64,000 nt of DNA from Leucoraja ocellata. Its lineage: Eukaryota. Under the pieces are notes generated by a model, which made no database searches, was not told where the DNA came from, and saw only the letters and a program-made list of their open reading frames with translations. Location of the stretch: NCBI GenBank assembly GCA_036785375.1, contig JAWMAR010000070.1, positions 3,968,001 to 4,032,000 of the forward strand, read 5' to 3'. Position numbers and translations under genes: made by a program. Of the stretch, positions 32,724 through 44,700 are shown piece after piece; position 1 is the stretch's first letter; each line of letters opens with the position of its first letter.

Positions 32724-35700
32724 TTAATAATAATAATGCATTTTATTTGCTGGCGCCTCTCTGGACACCCAAGGACACCTTACAGGACATAAAATCACAA
32801 TACAATTATCAATATTAAAATTAAGTTGCCAAAATACAAAAAACAAAAAAATACACAAAACATTTTAAGTCATTAAAATCAGGGTGAACATGGTGGAAGT
32901 TATGTCCGGTATGCTAATCTAAACAGGTATGTTTTGAGTTGTGATTTGAATTGATCGATAGTGTCCAGGTGACGGATGGGAGGTGGGAGAGTGTTCCAGA
33001 GACGTGGGGCAGAGCAGCCAAAGGCTCTGGCAACCATTGTGCTGAGTCTAAATGTGGGGACAGTTAAAATTGCAGCTGAGGAGGAACGAAGTGACCGGGA
33101 AGGAGTGTATGGTAGCAGCAGGTCAGAGAGCTATTGGGGAGCAAGGTGGTGTAGGGCTTTGAAGGTCAGCAGTAAAATCTTGTAGTTAATCCGGTGGTGC
33201 ACAGGGAGCCAGTGGAGCTGAGTGAGGATGGGTGTGATGTGGGCCGATGATCTGGTGCGGGTGATGATCCGGGCTGCAGAGCTCCTGCAACACTGCCGCG
33301 CTCCCTCAGTACCGCACTGCGATCCCAGCCCAGTTTCTGTTCAGGGATCTGGAGTGGGAAGTGAACCCAAATTGTACTGACCCGGGGACAGAACACTGAC
33401 ACAACTGGTACAATAACAGCACTGCCTGCACTTCAGACCGGAGACATTGGCCGTGAAGCAATATGACACATCATGGAACTATTTAAGTTTTCTTTCATGT
33501 AATCTTCAAAATGTATCTATTTCCACTAATCTGTTCATTTGCTCTCCATCTGAAAGTTTCTCCCCTTCAGTTTCAGGTGCAGTGTGGGGAGAGATGTATG
33601 TAAGAGGGGTTGTGGGAAGTGCGATTACAATCGATTGTCACTATGCAGCAGAGTACCGCTCACACACAAAATACTGGTGCCGTGTGCAGAATCGCCAATG
33701 TACAGATATGGTGGAAACAATTTGGCTACGCGGAAGGAGTGGAAGAGTGTCAATCACAGATAACCGGGCACGAGGAATATTTACTGTGACTGTGGAGGAT
33801 CTTCACTCTGGCGATACAGGCTGGTACAGATGTGGAATTGCAACATCTAACGGCCGCCCAATGTTTAGCGTAGAACTCCATGTATCTGACGGTACGTTTC
33901 GCAGCGATTGACTTGTCGTCTCCACTGACTCGCCACTTCCCGCCATTCTGAAAAGGACCCGTTCACTGCTACTCTTTGCTTCCTGTCTGCCAACCAATTT
34001 CCTATCCACGTCAACACCCTTCCATGCGCTCTCAATTTAGTCACCAGTCTGCCGTGCGGAACCTTATCAAAGGATTTCTTGAAGTCTAGATACACTACAT
34101 TCACTGGCGCACCTTCGTCCATTTTACTTGCCACCTCCTCGAAAAATTCCAGAAGATAGTCAGGCATGATTTTCCTTTCATAAATCCATGCTGACTTGGA
34201 CTAATTATTTTACTGCTATCCAAATGCCCCATTATTACCTCTTTAATAATTGACTCCGGCATCTTTCTCGCCACCGAAGTCAGGCTAACTGGTCTGTAAT
34301 TTCCCGTTTTCTCTCTTGCTCCTTTCTTGAAAAGTGGGATTTAACTTCACTTTCACTTCACTTTTCACTTCAAGTGGAATACTCAGCGCATTTCCCTTCC
34401 TCTGAACTGTATGAAATGTCACCCGTCAGAAGTTTGCATTCAGACTCAAACTTATAATCCCACAGTGAGGAACAAGTGTTGCTCGCGGTCTGAATACCCG
34501 GAGAGTTAAAAAAAATATCAGCCCCCAGAGCTCATCAGTCCTCCCGGTGCAGTTCATACCGCTTCCCGCTCCCACCTCAGCGATCAGCCATTCCCTCCCC
34601 ATCCCGCGCTCTTTCTCTCTCTCCCTCTGCCCCGTCAATGGGCCCCCACCCCCAACAGCCACTGTCCACCCACCGCCCGGCAGCCAGCCAGCCTCTCCAC
34701 CCGGACATTTCCCCGGTGGTAAGCAGAATAAACTAATCTTTCACCCCATCAGCCGTCGCACACAACATATAATCATCCAACATTTTCGCCACCTCCAACG
34801 GGATCCCATAACCAGATAACTAGCTACACCTTTCCTTTTCCACCGCTTTCCGAAGACACCGTTCCCTCCGTCACTCCCTGGTCAACTGGTCCATCTGAAA
34901 GTTTCTCCCCTCAGTTTCAGATGCAGTGTGGGCAGAGACGGTTGTAAGAGGAGTTGTGGGAAGAGCGATCACAATCGATTGTCACTATGTAGCAGAGTAC
35001 AGCTCACACACAAAATACTGGTGCCGTGGGAGGAATCGCTCGTGTACAGTTTTAGTGGAAGCAAATGGGCAACACGGACGTAGTGGAAGAGTGTCAATCA
35101 CAGATATACCGGTACTAAGAATATTTGCTGTGACTGTGGAGGATCTTCACTCTGGAGATACAGGATGGTACAGCTGTGGAATTACTACACCTGGCGACCG
35201 TCCAATATTTAACGTACATCTCCAAGTATCTGACGGTACGTTTCGCAGCGCTTGACTTGACGTCTCCACTGAAATGCCTAATCTATGTTCTCTCCGGGAA
35301 GGGTCAGGGCAGCACCGATATCCCGAGGCTCCGCAGCCCAAGTGTGATTGGCTCTAGCCCAAGTGTGAGGAGAGGGGTGAAAACAGTTGAAAACAGTTAA
35401 AAGGCCAAGGACGCACCGTCTTTGTTCAGTACTGCTGTAGATTTGGGAGGAACAACAGCAGCAACAGATTAGCAAGATATACCACTGATTGGCTCTAGCC
35501 CAAGTGTGAGGAGAGGGGTGAAAACAGTTGAAAACAGTTGAAAACAGTTAAAAGGCCAAGGACGCACCGTCTTTGTTCAGTACTGCTGTAGATTTGGGAG
35601 GAACAACAGCAGCAACAGATTAGCAAGAGATACCACTGATTGGCTCTAGCCCAAGTGTGAGGAGAGGGGTGAAAACAGTTGAAAACTGAGGAATTGGCTG

Positions 35701-38700
35701 TGTAAATTGGTAAATCAGGCAATTTATCAGTCAATTTAAGCAGGACAGCTCTTTGCGAGCGGCAGTGAGTGAAGTGCCCTGTGAGAAAAGTGTGAGTCTT
35801 TGGCTCGAGAGTCTTCGGAGAGGAGACCACGCAATACGCTTGAGAGGGAGACGAAAGAAGGAGATGTCAGGCAAGCTGATTTAGTGCGATGCTTGCAGTA
35901 TGTGGGAGGTCAAGGACACCGCTGGTGCCTCTGGCTGCTACAAATGCGAAAAATGCATCCAGGTAGAGCTCCTGAAGGGCCGTGTTGGGGAACTGGAGAA
36001 GCAAGTGGATGACCTCCGGTTCGTACGAGAAACGGAGTCGTTCCTCGACAAGTCCTACAGTACGATTGTTACACCTAAGGTACTGGAAGAGAGAAGGTGG
36101 GAGACAGTGAGAAAGGGAGGGAAGCATGGAATGCCAACGTCCCCGGGTGATGTACCTCTTGTAAACAGGTTCATCCGCTTAGAAGCTGTTGGGACAGAAG
36201 ACGTGAGCGGCGGACTGGCCTGTGATGCGAATAGGGCTGTTGAGCCAAAACCAAAAAGGCCTAAGGCAGGCAAGGCCATTGTAGTGGGAGACTCCATCGT
36301 GAGAGGTACGGACAGGGGTTTCTGCGGCAACAGACGGGATGCGAGGATGGTGTGCTGCCTTCCCGGTGCCAGGATCCAGGATGTCACGGACAGAGTGCAG
36401 AAAATCCTCAAGGGCGAAGGTGAACATCCGGAAGTGGTAGTGCATGTCGGCACAAACGATGTCGGAAAGAAGGGGATGAATATTCTGCAACGTGACTTTA
36501 GAGAGCTCGGAAAAATGTTGAAAAGCAGGACCTCCAGGGTTGTTATCTCCGGTTTGCTTCCAGTTCCCCGTGCTGGCGAGAGCAGGAACAGGGAGATACG
36601 GGACCTGAACGTGTGGCTGAGGATCTGGTGCACGGGGCAGGGATTTAGATTCTTAGATCACTGGGATCTGTTTTGGGGTAAGGGGGAACTGTACAAAAGG
36701 GACGGATTGCATCTTAACAGTTGTGGGACCAGCATTCTGGCAGGCAGGTTTGCCACTGCTACACGGGTGGCTTTAAACTGAATAAGGGGGGTGGGGTGTT
36801 GAATGGGACAGTGGAGGATGGAGTTAAAGGGAAAGGGTTTCTTAAATGTGTGAGCGTAGAGACCGAAGAGTGTAAAATGAGGGTAGAAGAAATAGGTAGC
36901 AAGGTGAAAAGTAAAAGTGGCAGGCAGACAAAACCAGGGCAAAAATCAAAAAGGGCCACTTTTCAACATAATTGTGTAAGGGGTAAGAGTGTTGTAAAAA
37001 CAAGCCTGAAGGCTTTGTGTCTCAATGCAAGGAGCATTCGTAATAAGGTGGATGAGTTGAATGTGCAGATAGCTATTAATGACTATGATATAGTTGGGAT
37101 CACGGAGACATGGCTCCAGGGTGACCAAGGCTGGGAGCTGAACATCCAGGGATATTCAATATTCAGGAGGGATAGACAGAAAGGAAAAGGAGGTGGGGTG
37201 GCGATACTGATTAGAGAGGGGATTAATGCAATGGAAAGGAAGGACATTAGTTTGGAGGATGTGGAATCGGTATGGGTAGAGCTGCGAAACACTAACGGGC
37301 AGAAAACGCTGGTGGGTGTTGTGTACAGGCCACCTAACAGTAGTAGTGAAGTTGGAGATGGTATCAAACAGGAAATTAGAAATGCGTGCGACAAAGGCAA
37401 AACGGTTATAATGGGTGACTTCAATCTACATATAGATTGGGCGAATCAAATTGGCAGGGGTGCTGAGGAAGAGGATTTCTTGGAATGTATGCGGGATAGT
37501 TATCTAAATCAACATGTAGAGGAACCAACGAGAGAGCAGGCTATTTTAGACTGGGTATTGAGTAATGAGGAAGGGTTAGTTAGCAATCTTGTTGTACGTG
37601 CCCCCTTGGGCAAGAGTGACCATAATATGGTTGAGTTCTTCATTAGGATGGAGAGTGACATTGTTAATTCAGAAACAATGGTTCTGAACTTAAAGAAAGG
37701 TAACTTTGAGGGTATGAGACGTGAATTGGCCAAGATTGACTGGCAATTAATTCTAAAAGGGTTGACGGTAGATATGCAATGGAAGACATTTAAAGACTGC
37801 ATGGATGAACTACAAAAATTGTTCATCCCAGTTTGGCAAAAGAATAAATCAGGGAAGGTAGTACATCCATGGATAACAAGGGAAATCAGGGATAGTATCA
37901 AAGCGAAGGATGATGCGTACAAATTAGCCAGAAAAAGCAGCATACCGGAGGACTGGGAGAAATTCAAAGACCAGCAGAGGAGGACAAAGGGCTTAATTAG
38001 GAAAGGAAAAATAGATTATGAAAGAAAACTGGCAGGGAACATAAAAACTGACTGCAAAAGTTTTTATAGATATGTGAAAGGAAAGAGATTAGTTAAAACA
38101 AATGTAGGTCCCTTGCAGTCAGAAACAGGGGAGTTGATCATGGGGAACAAGGATATGGCGGACCAATTGAATAACTACTTTGGTTCCGTCTTCACTAAGG
38201 AAGACATAAATAATTTGCCGGAAATAGCAGGGGACCGCGGGTCAAAGGAGTTGGAGGAATTGAGTGAAATCCAGGTTAGCCGGGAAGTGGTGTTGGGTAA
38301 ATTGAATGGATTAAAGGCCGATAAATCCCCAGGGCCAGATAGGTTGCATCCCAGAGTACTTAAGGAAGTAGCTCCAGAAATAGTGGATGCATTAGTAATA
38401 ATCTTTCAAAACTCTTTAGATTCTGGAGTAGTTCCTGAAGATTGGCGGGTAGCAAACGTAACCCCACTTTTTAAGAAGGGAGGGAGAGAGAAAATGGGGA
38501 ATTACAGACCAGTTAGTCTAACATCGGTAGTGGGGAAACTGCTAGAGTCAGTTATTAAAGATGGGATAGCAGCACATTTGGAAAGTGGTGAAATCATTGG
38601 ACAAAGTCAGCATGGATTTACGAAAGGTAAATCATGTCTGACGAATCTTATAGAATTTTTCGAGGATGTAACTAGTAGCGTGGATAGGGGAGAACCAGTG

Positions 38701-41700
38701 GATGTGGTGTATCTGGACTTCCAGAAGGCTTTCGACAAGGTCCCACATAAGAAATTAGTATACAAACTTAAAGCAAAAGGCATTGGGGGTTCAGTATTGA
38801 TGTGGATAGAGAACTGGCTGGCAAACAGGAAGCAAAGAGTAGGAGTAAACGGGTCCTTTTCACAATGGCAGGCAGTGACTAGTGGGGTACCGCAAGGCTC
38901 AGTACTGGGACCCCAGCTATTTACAATATATATTAATGATCTGGATGAGGGAATTGAAGGCAATATCTCCAAGTTTGCGGATGACACTAAGCTGGGGGGC
39001 AGTGTTAGCTGTGAGGAGGATGCTAGGAGACTGCAGGGTGACTTGGATAGGCTGGGTGAGTGGGCAAATGTTTGGCAGATGCAGTATAATGTGGATAAAT
39101 GTGAGGTTATCCATTTTGGTGGCAAAAACAGGAAAGCAGACTATTATCTAAATGGTGGCCATTGGGAAAGGGGGAGATGCAGCGAGACCTGGGTGTCATG
39201 GTACACCAGTCATTGAAGGTAGGCATGCAGGTGCAGCAGGCAGTAAAGAAAGCGAATGGTATGTTAGCTTTCATTGCAAAAGGATTTGAGTATAGGAGCA
39301 GAGAGGTTCTACTGCAGTTGTACAGGGTCTTGGTGAGACCACACCTGGAGTATTGCGTACAGTTTTGGTCTCCAAATCTGAGGAAGGACATTATTGCCAT
39401 AGAGGGAGTGCACAGACGGTTCACCAGACTGATTCCTGGGATGTCAGGACTGTCTTATGAAGAAAGACTGGATAGACTTGGTTTATACTCTCTAGAATTT
39501 AGAAGATTGAGAGGGGATCTTATAGAAACTTACAAAATTCTTAAGAGGTTGGACAGGCTAGATGCAGGAAGATTGTTCCCGATGTTAGGGAAGTCCAGGA
39601 CAAGGGGTCACGGCTTAAGGATAAAAGGGAAATCCTTTAAAACCGAGATGAGAAGAACTTTTTTCACGCAGAGAGTGGTGAATCTCTGGAACTCTCTGCC
39701 ACAGAGGGTAGTTGAGGCCAGTTCATTGGCTATATTTAAGAGAGAGTTAGATGTGGCCCTTGTGGCTAAGGGGATCAGGGGGTATGGAAAGAAGGCAGGT
39801 ACGGGATACTGAGTTGGATGATCAGCCATGATCATATTGAATGGCGGTGCAAGCTCGAAGGGCCGAATGGCCTACTCCTGCACCTAATTTCTATGTTTCT
39901 ATGTTTCTATGTATGCCTTCCCTTCAGCTGACAATGATCCATTCTACATTTTTTAAAAACATTTTCACCTTTGATCACTTGTTTTCACACCTTACCCTTC
40001 CATTTCTCTTCTGTCTCCCTTTCTCGTGATTCTCAGGCTGAAGAAGGGTCACGATTCGAAACGTCACCTACGACTTCTCTCGAAAGATGCTGCCTAATCC
40101 GCCGAGTTACTCCTGCATTTTGTGTCTATCTTAAAGGGACGTAACATCCCAACATATGTTCTGAGGGACAACATTTTCCACACATTGGGTGATATGTATA
40201 TGGAACCTGCTGCCAGGGGAAGGTGTTAAGGCAGTTAGAAAAGCAGCATTTAAAATATTTTTTTGATATTTGCGTAGATTGGGATCATTGCGAGTGATAA
40301 AGGAGAAACGTGGACATATGGAAATGGCCCAGAAAGACATGTTGGTCGGCATGAATGAGCTGTTGTGATGGGCATCTTTCGGTTCTCTATAACTCTAACC
40401 TTCTTCGGTTTCTGGGCTTCGCACACTCACAGAGATGTAGATGAGCCGGTGAGATATCAACCGGACGGTTCGGGCTGAGATAAAGGGCTGCTGAGATTTA
40501 GCATGTGTTTGGTTTTTAACTGTTCATACAGGTGACTGAATGTTTGCTCCATTCCCACAGAACCCGTGTCTGCTCCTGTGCTCAGATATCTGTCACCAGC
40601 AAATGCCTCACGTCGCGGAGGCTCAGTGTCAGTGTCGTGTGAGTCTGTCCGTGGATCCCTTCCCATCCATTACACATGGTTTAAGAAGAACGAGCATTGG
40701 GTTTCAACGACCGTGTATGGCAATCAACTGGATCTGAGTTGTGAAATCCTCGAAGGCCAACACCGTCAATATTACTGCAGAGCCACAAATAATCGTGGGA
40801 CAAAATCCAGTGAAATACTCAACGTGAAAGTCTTCAAAGGAGCAGGAACGTGCAGTTATGTGACAGAAATGAACAATGCAGGTGAGTGTTCTTCTCGTGT
40901 CCCTGAACCTGCTGCTATTCATTCACCTTGTGTTCATGGATTTCTCGTTATTTGCAGACGGCATCATTGCAGCCACCGGGAGCTCATGGTGTAAAATGCG
41001 AGAGTTTGTTTGGGGGACTGGTAAATGATTGCCTGTTGCTTTCACCTGGGAGGTGGTGAGAAATGTCAGCAAATGAGAGAAATACCTGAGGGTTGAGTGC
41101 ATTCCATCAAAATTATTTTCTGGCTGCCGCACTTTGAGACAGAGAAATAAACCAAATCCATTCTGTTTGGATCCATCATCAGTTATAAACGAGGATGTAC
41201 AATTTCATGATCATGTTAATGATTTTAACTCTGTTAATTTGTGTTAAACTCCAGTAATCTCACAAAATTAAATTGGAATCTACTTGGCCGTCACGCCATC
41301 AAGTATAACCCTTACTTTTGTCAAAGATAATTTTGAAAATAACTTCCCTGTAGGTGTGGAAACCAGAAGAGGGTGTGAATGGTTTACATCAGCGAGACCA
41401 ATTTTATACAAGGCCAGTTCTTCTTAAACTATTACAGTGTCATTCGCCCTTGAGTCTTTATTACAAAATTTAATTCACCCTCCACTAAATGTTCTTATGT
41501 TCTTTTGGTTATTATCATCGTATTTTCCTTTGTGCATAATTTTATAGATAATTGATTTTGTCACATGAGCAAAAAACATAAATTAACTAATTTACCCCAA
41601 AATAATTTTATTCGCCCTTGGATGAACCATTCATCAGTTTAAGAAGCACTGGCCTAGGCTACAATTACGCCGAACACTTGTGTTTGGTTTGTCATGATCC

Positions 41701-44700
41701 AGAGTCGCGCATGATAGACACCCCATCCTCAACCTCGCCCGCTGATACCGAGCAGCAGCAGTTTGCACCATCTGCACGATGCACTGCAGCAACTGACCAA
41801 GACTCCCTAGACAGCGCCTTCCAATTGCAACAGGCTCCATCTTCAATACATCATTCTTCACCATTCATACCCACATTGGCTGGGAAGCGCTTTGGAACGA
41901 CCTGTGCAGATGGTGAGGGACGATGTACAGTATCTGTCTCTCATCGCAATCTAGGTGGAATTCAACAGAGTTAAGAAATAGAGTGGGCAGACTCCCCTGT
42001 ACATTATACTCTAACGTATATGTTTGTGAAAGGCTAATTTTGCTCTTCAATTTATCAAAGATGTTTCCTTCAGTTGCAGGTGCACTGTGGGCGGAGAGCG
42101 AAGTAAGAGGGGTTGTGGGAAGAGCGATCACAATCGATTGTCACTATGCAGCAGTGTACCGCTCACACACAAAATACTGGTGCCCTGGGACAAGTCGCCA
42201 GTGTACACATGTAGGTGAAACAAATGGGAAACATGGACAGAGCGGAAGAGTGTCAATCACAGATAACCCGGCACGAGGAATATTTACTGTGACCGTGGAG
42301 GATCTTCACTCTGGAGATACAGGATGGTACAGATGTGGAATTACTACACCTGGCGAACCAACATTTAAAGTATATCTCCAAGTATCTGAAGGTAGGTTTC
42401 TCAATGAGTGACTTGATGTCTCCACTTTGGCAACGGGCAAAACATTTGTTAGGTGGGAGTCTGGTGCACAGGTCTGGTCCCCGCTTTATAAAACAAAATA
42501 TGTGAACGGTTTGTAGAGTTTACAGAAAAATGTTCGCCCGGATATTTAGTAATAGTTTACAAATGTAACATGGAAACGGATCCTTCGGCCCACCGAGTCC
42601 ACACCACCTAGCGATCACCGGTCACACTAGTTCTATGTTATTCCACTTTCCCATTCGCTCCCTACACACTATTCTACAATACCGCCATTCACACACCTTA
42701 ATATTGCAACAGTATCGCCATCAACAATTTTATGCAAGGAAATTAAAAAGTTGTTGATACTGTTGTACTAATGAGGTATTTGAATGTTCAGATTAAAAGC
42801 AGAGTTTCAGATTAAAAGAAGATTAACTGCAGATGCTGGAATTGTAAAACAAAGAGAGATGGTGCTGCTGTGTACTGGTCCAGTGCCAGACATGGTAGTT
42901 CTGGCAACTGGGAGGATGGAGAGACACAGAGATGTCTAAATCTGGTAAATGGATTGTGAGGAGAAGGAGCAGAGATGATTTACAAGGATGTTGCGATGAC
43001 TTGAGGGCCTGGTATACAGGGAGGGGTTGAGCAGATTAGGCCTTTATACCTTGGAGCGCAGGAGGATGAGGGGTGATTTTATTGCAGGTAAAAAAATCCT
43101 GCGAGTTTAAAATAAAATTGTACCCCAACACTGAATTGATTATTTTTGGAACAATGGAAGCCGGCTCTAAGCTGATTTCGTTCCAAAATTCTCTCCTTAA
43201 CCATGGCTTGATAACATATAGCAGGGGCCCGATATAGCAGGGGCCCGCGGGTCAAAGGAGGTGGAGGAATTGAGTGAAATCCAGGTTAGCCGGGAAGTGG
43301 TGTTAGGTAAATTGAATGGATTAAAGGCCGATAAATCCCCAGGGCCAGATAGGCTGCATCCCAGAGTACTTAAGGAAGTAGCTCCAGAAATAGTGGATGC
43401 ATTAGTAATAATCTTGCAAAACTCTTTAGATTCTGGAGTAGTTCCAGAGGATTGGCGGGTAGCAAACGTAACCCCACTTTTTAAGAAGGGAGGGAGAGAG
43501 AAAACAGGGAATTACAGACCAGTTAGCCTAACATCGGTAGTGGGGAAACTGCTAGAGTCAGTTATTAAAGATGGGATAGCAGCACATTTGGAAAGTGGTG
43601 AAATCATTGGACAAAGTCAGCATGGATTTACGAAAGGTAAATCATGTCTGACAAATCTTATAGAATTTTTCGAGGATGTAACTAGTAGCGTGGATAGGGG
43701 AGAACCAGTGGATGTGGTGTATCTGGACTTCCAGAAGGCTTTCGACAAGGTCCCACATAAGAGATTAGTATACAAACTTAAAGCACATGGCATTGGGGGT
43801 TCAGTATTGATGTGGATAGAGAACTGGCTGGCAAACAGGAAGCAAAGAGTAGGAGTAAACGGGTCCTTTTCACAATGGCAGGCAGTGACTAGTGGGGTAC
43901 TGCAAGGCTCAGTACTGAGACCCCAGCTATTTACAATATATATTAATGATCTGGATGAGGGAATTGAAGGCAATATCTCCAAGTTTGCGGATTACACTAA
44001 GCTGGGGGGCAGTGTTAGGTGTGAGGAGGATGCTAGGAGACTGCAAGGTGACTTGGATAGGCTGGGTGAGTGGGCAAATGTTTGGCAGATGCAGTTTAAT
44101 GTGGATAAATGTGAGGTTATCCATTTTGGTGGCAAAAACGGGAAAGCAGATTATTATCTAAACGGTGGCCGATTGGCAAAGGGGGAGATGCAGCGAGGCC
44201 TGGCTGTCATGGTACACCAGTCATTGAAGGTAGGCATGCAGGTGCAGCAGGCAGTAAAGAAAGCGAATGGTATGTTGGCTTTCATAGCAAGAGGATTTGA
44301 GTATAGGAGCAGAGAGGTTCTACTGCAGTTGTACAGGGTCTTGGTGAGACCACACCTGGAGTATTGCGTGCAGTTTTGGTCTCCAAATCTGAGGAAGGAT
44401 ATTATTGCCATAGAGGGAGTGCAGAGAAGGTTCACCAGACTGATTCCTGGGATGTCAGGACTTTCTTATGAAGAAAGACTGGATAGACTTGGTTTATACT
44501 CTCTAGAATTTAGGAGATTGAGAGGGGATCTTATAGAAACTTAAAAAATTCTTAAGGGGTTGGACAGGCTAGATGCAGGAAGATTGTTCCCGATGTTGGG
44601 GAAGTCTAGGACAAGGGGTCACAGCTTAAGGATAAGGGGGAAATCCTTTAAAACCGAGATGAGGAGAACTTTTTTCACACAGAGAGTGGTGAATCTCTGG

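Larger units (their letters stand above)
35338..39911 (+). mobile_element. Near full-length CR1 LINE (tandem-repeat 5' UTR, ORF1, ORF2, (TTTCTATG)3 tail)
   Basis: ORF1 esterase and ORF2 APE+RT motifs; absent from paralogous introns of B and D. Confidence 0.95.

Noticed and set aside
32594-32818. Poly-Asn / poly-Tyr ORFs (also 55800-56066)
   Set aside because: Translations of the (AAT)n microsatellite.
35345-35690. CRISPR-like direct repeats
   Set aside because: Whole units are repeated with no unique spacers; eukaryotic context; part of a LINE 5' UTR.
36055-39835. Long minus-strand ORFs over the CR1 elements (also 25916-26563 and 27154-27705 on +)
   Set aside because: Antisense shadows of LINE ORFs.
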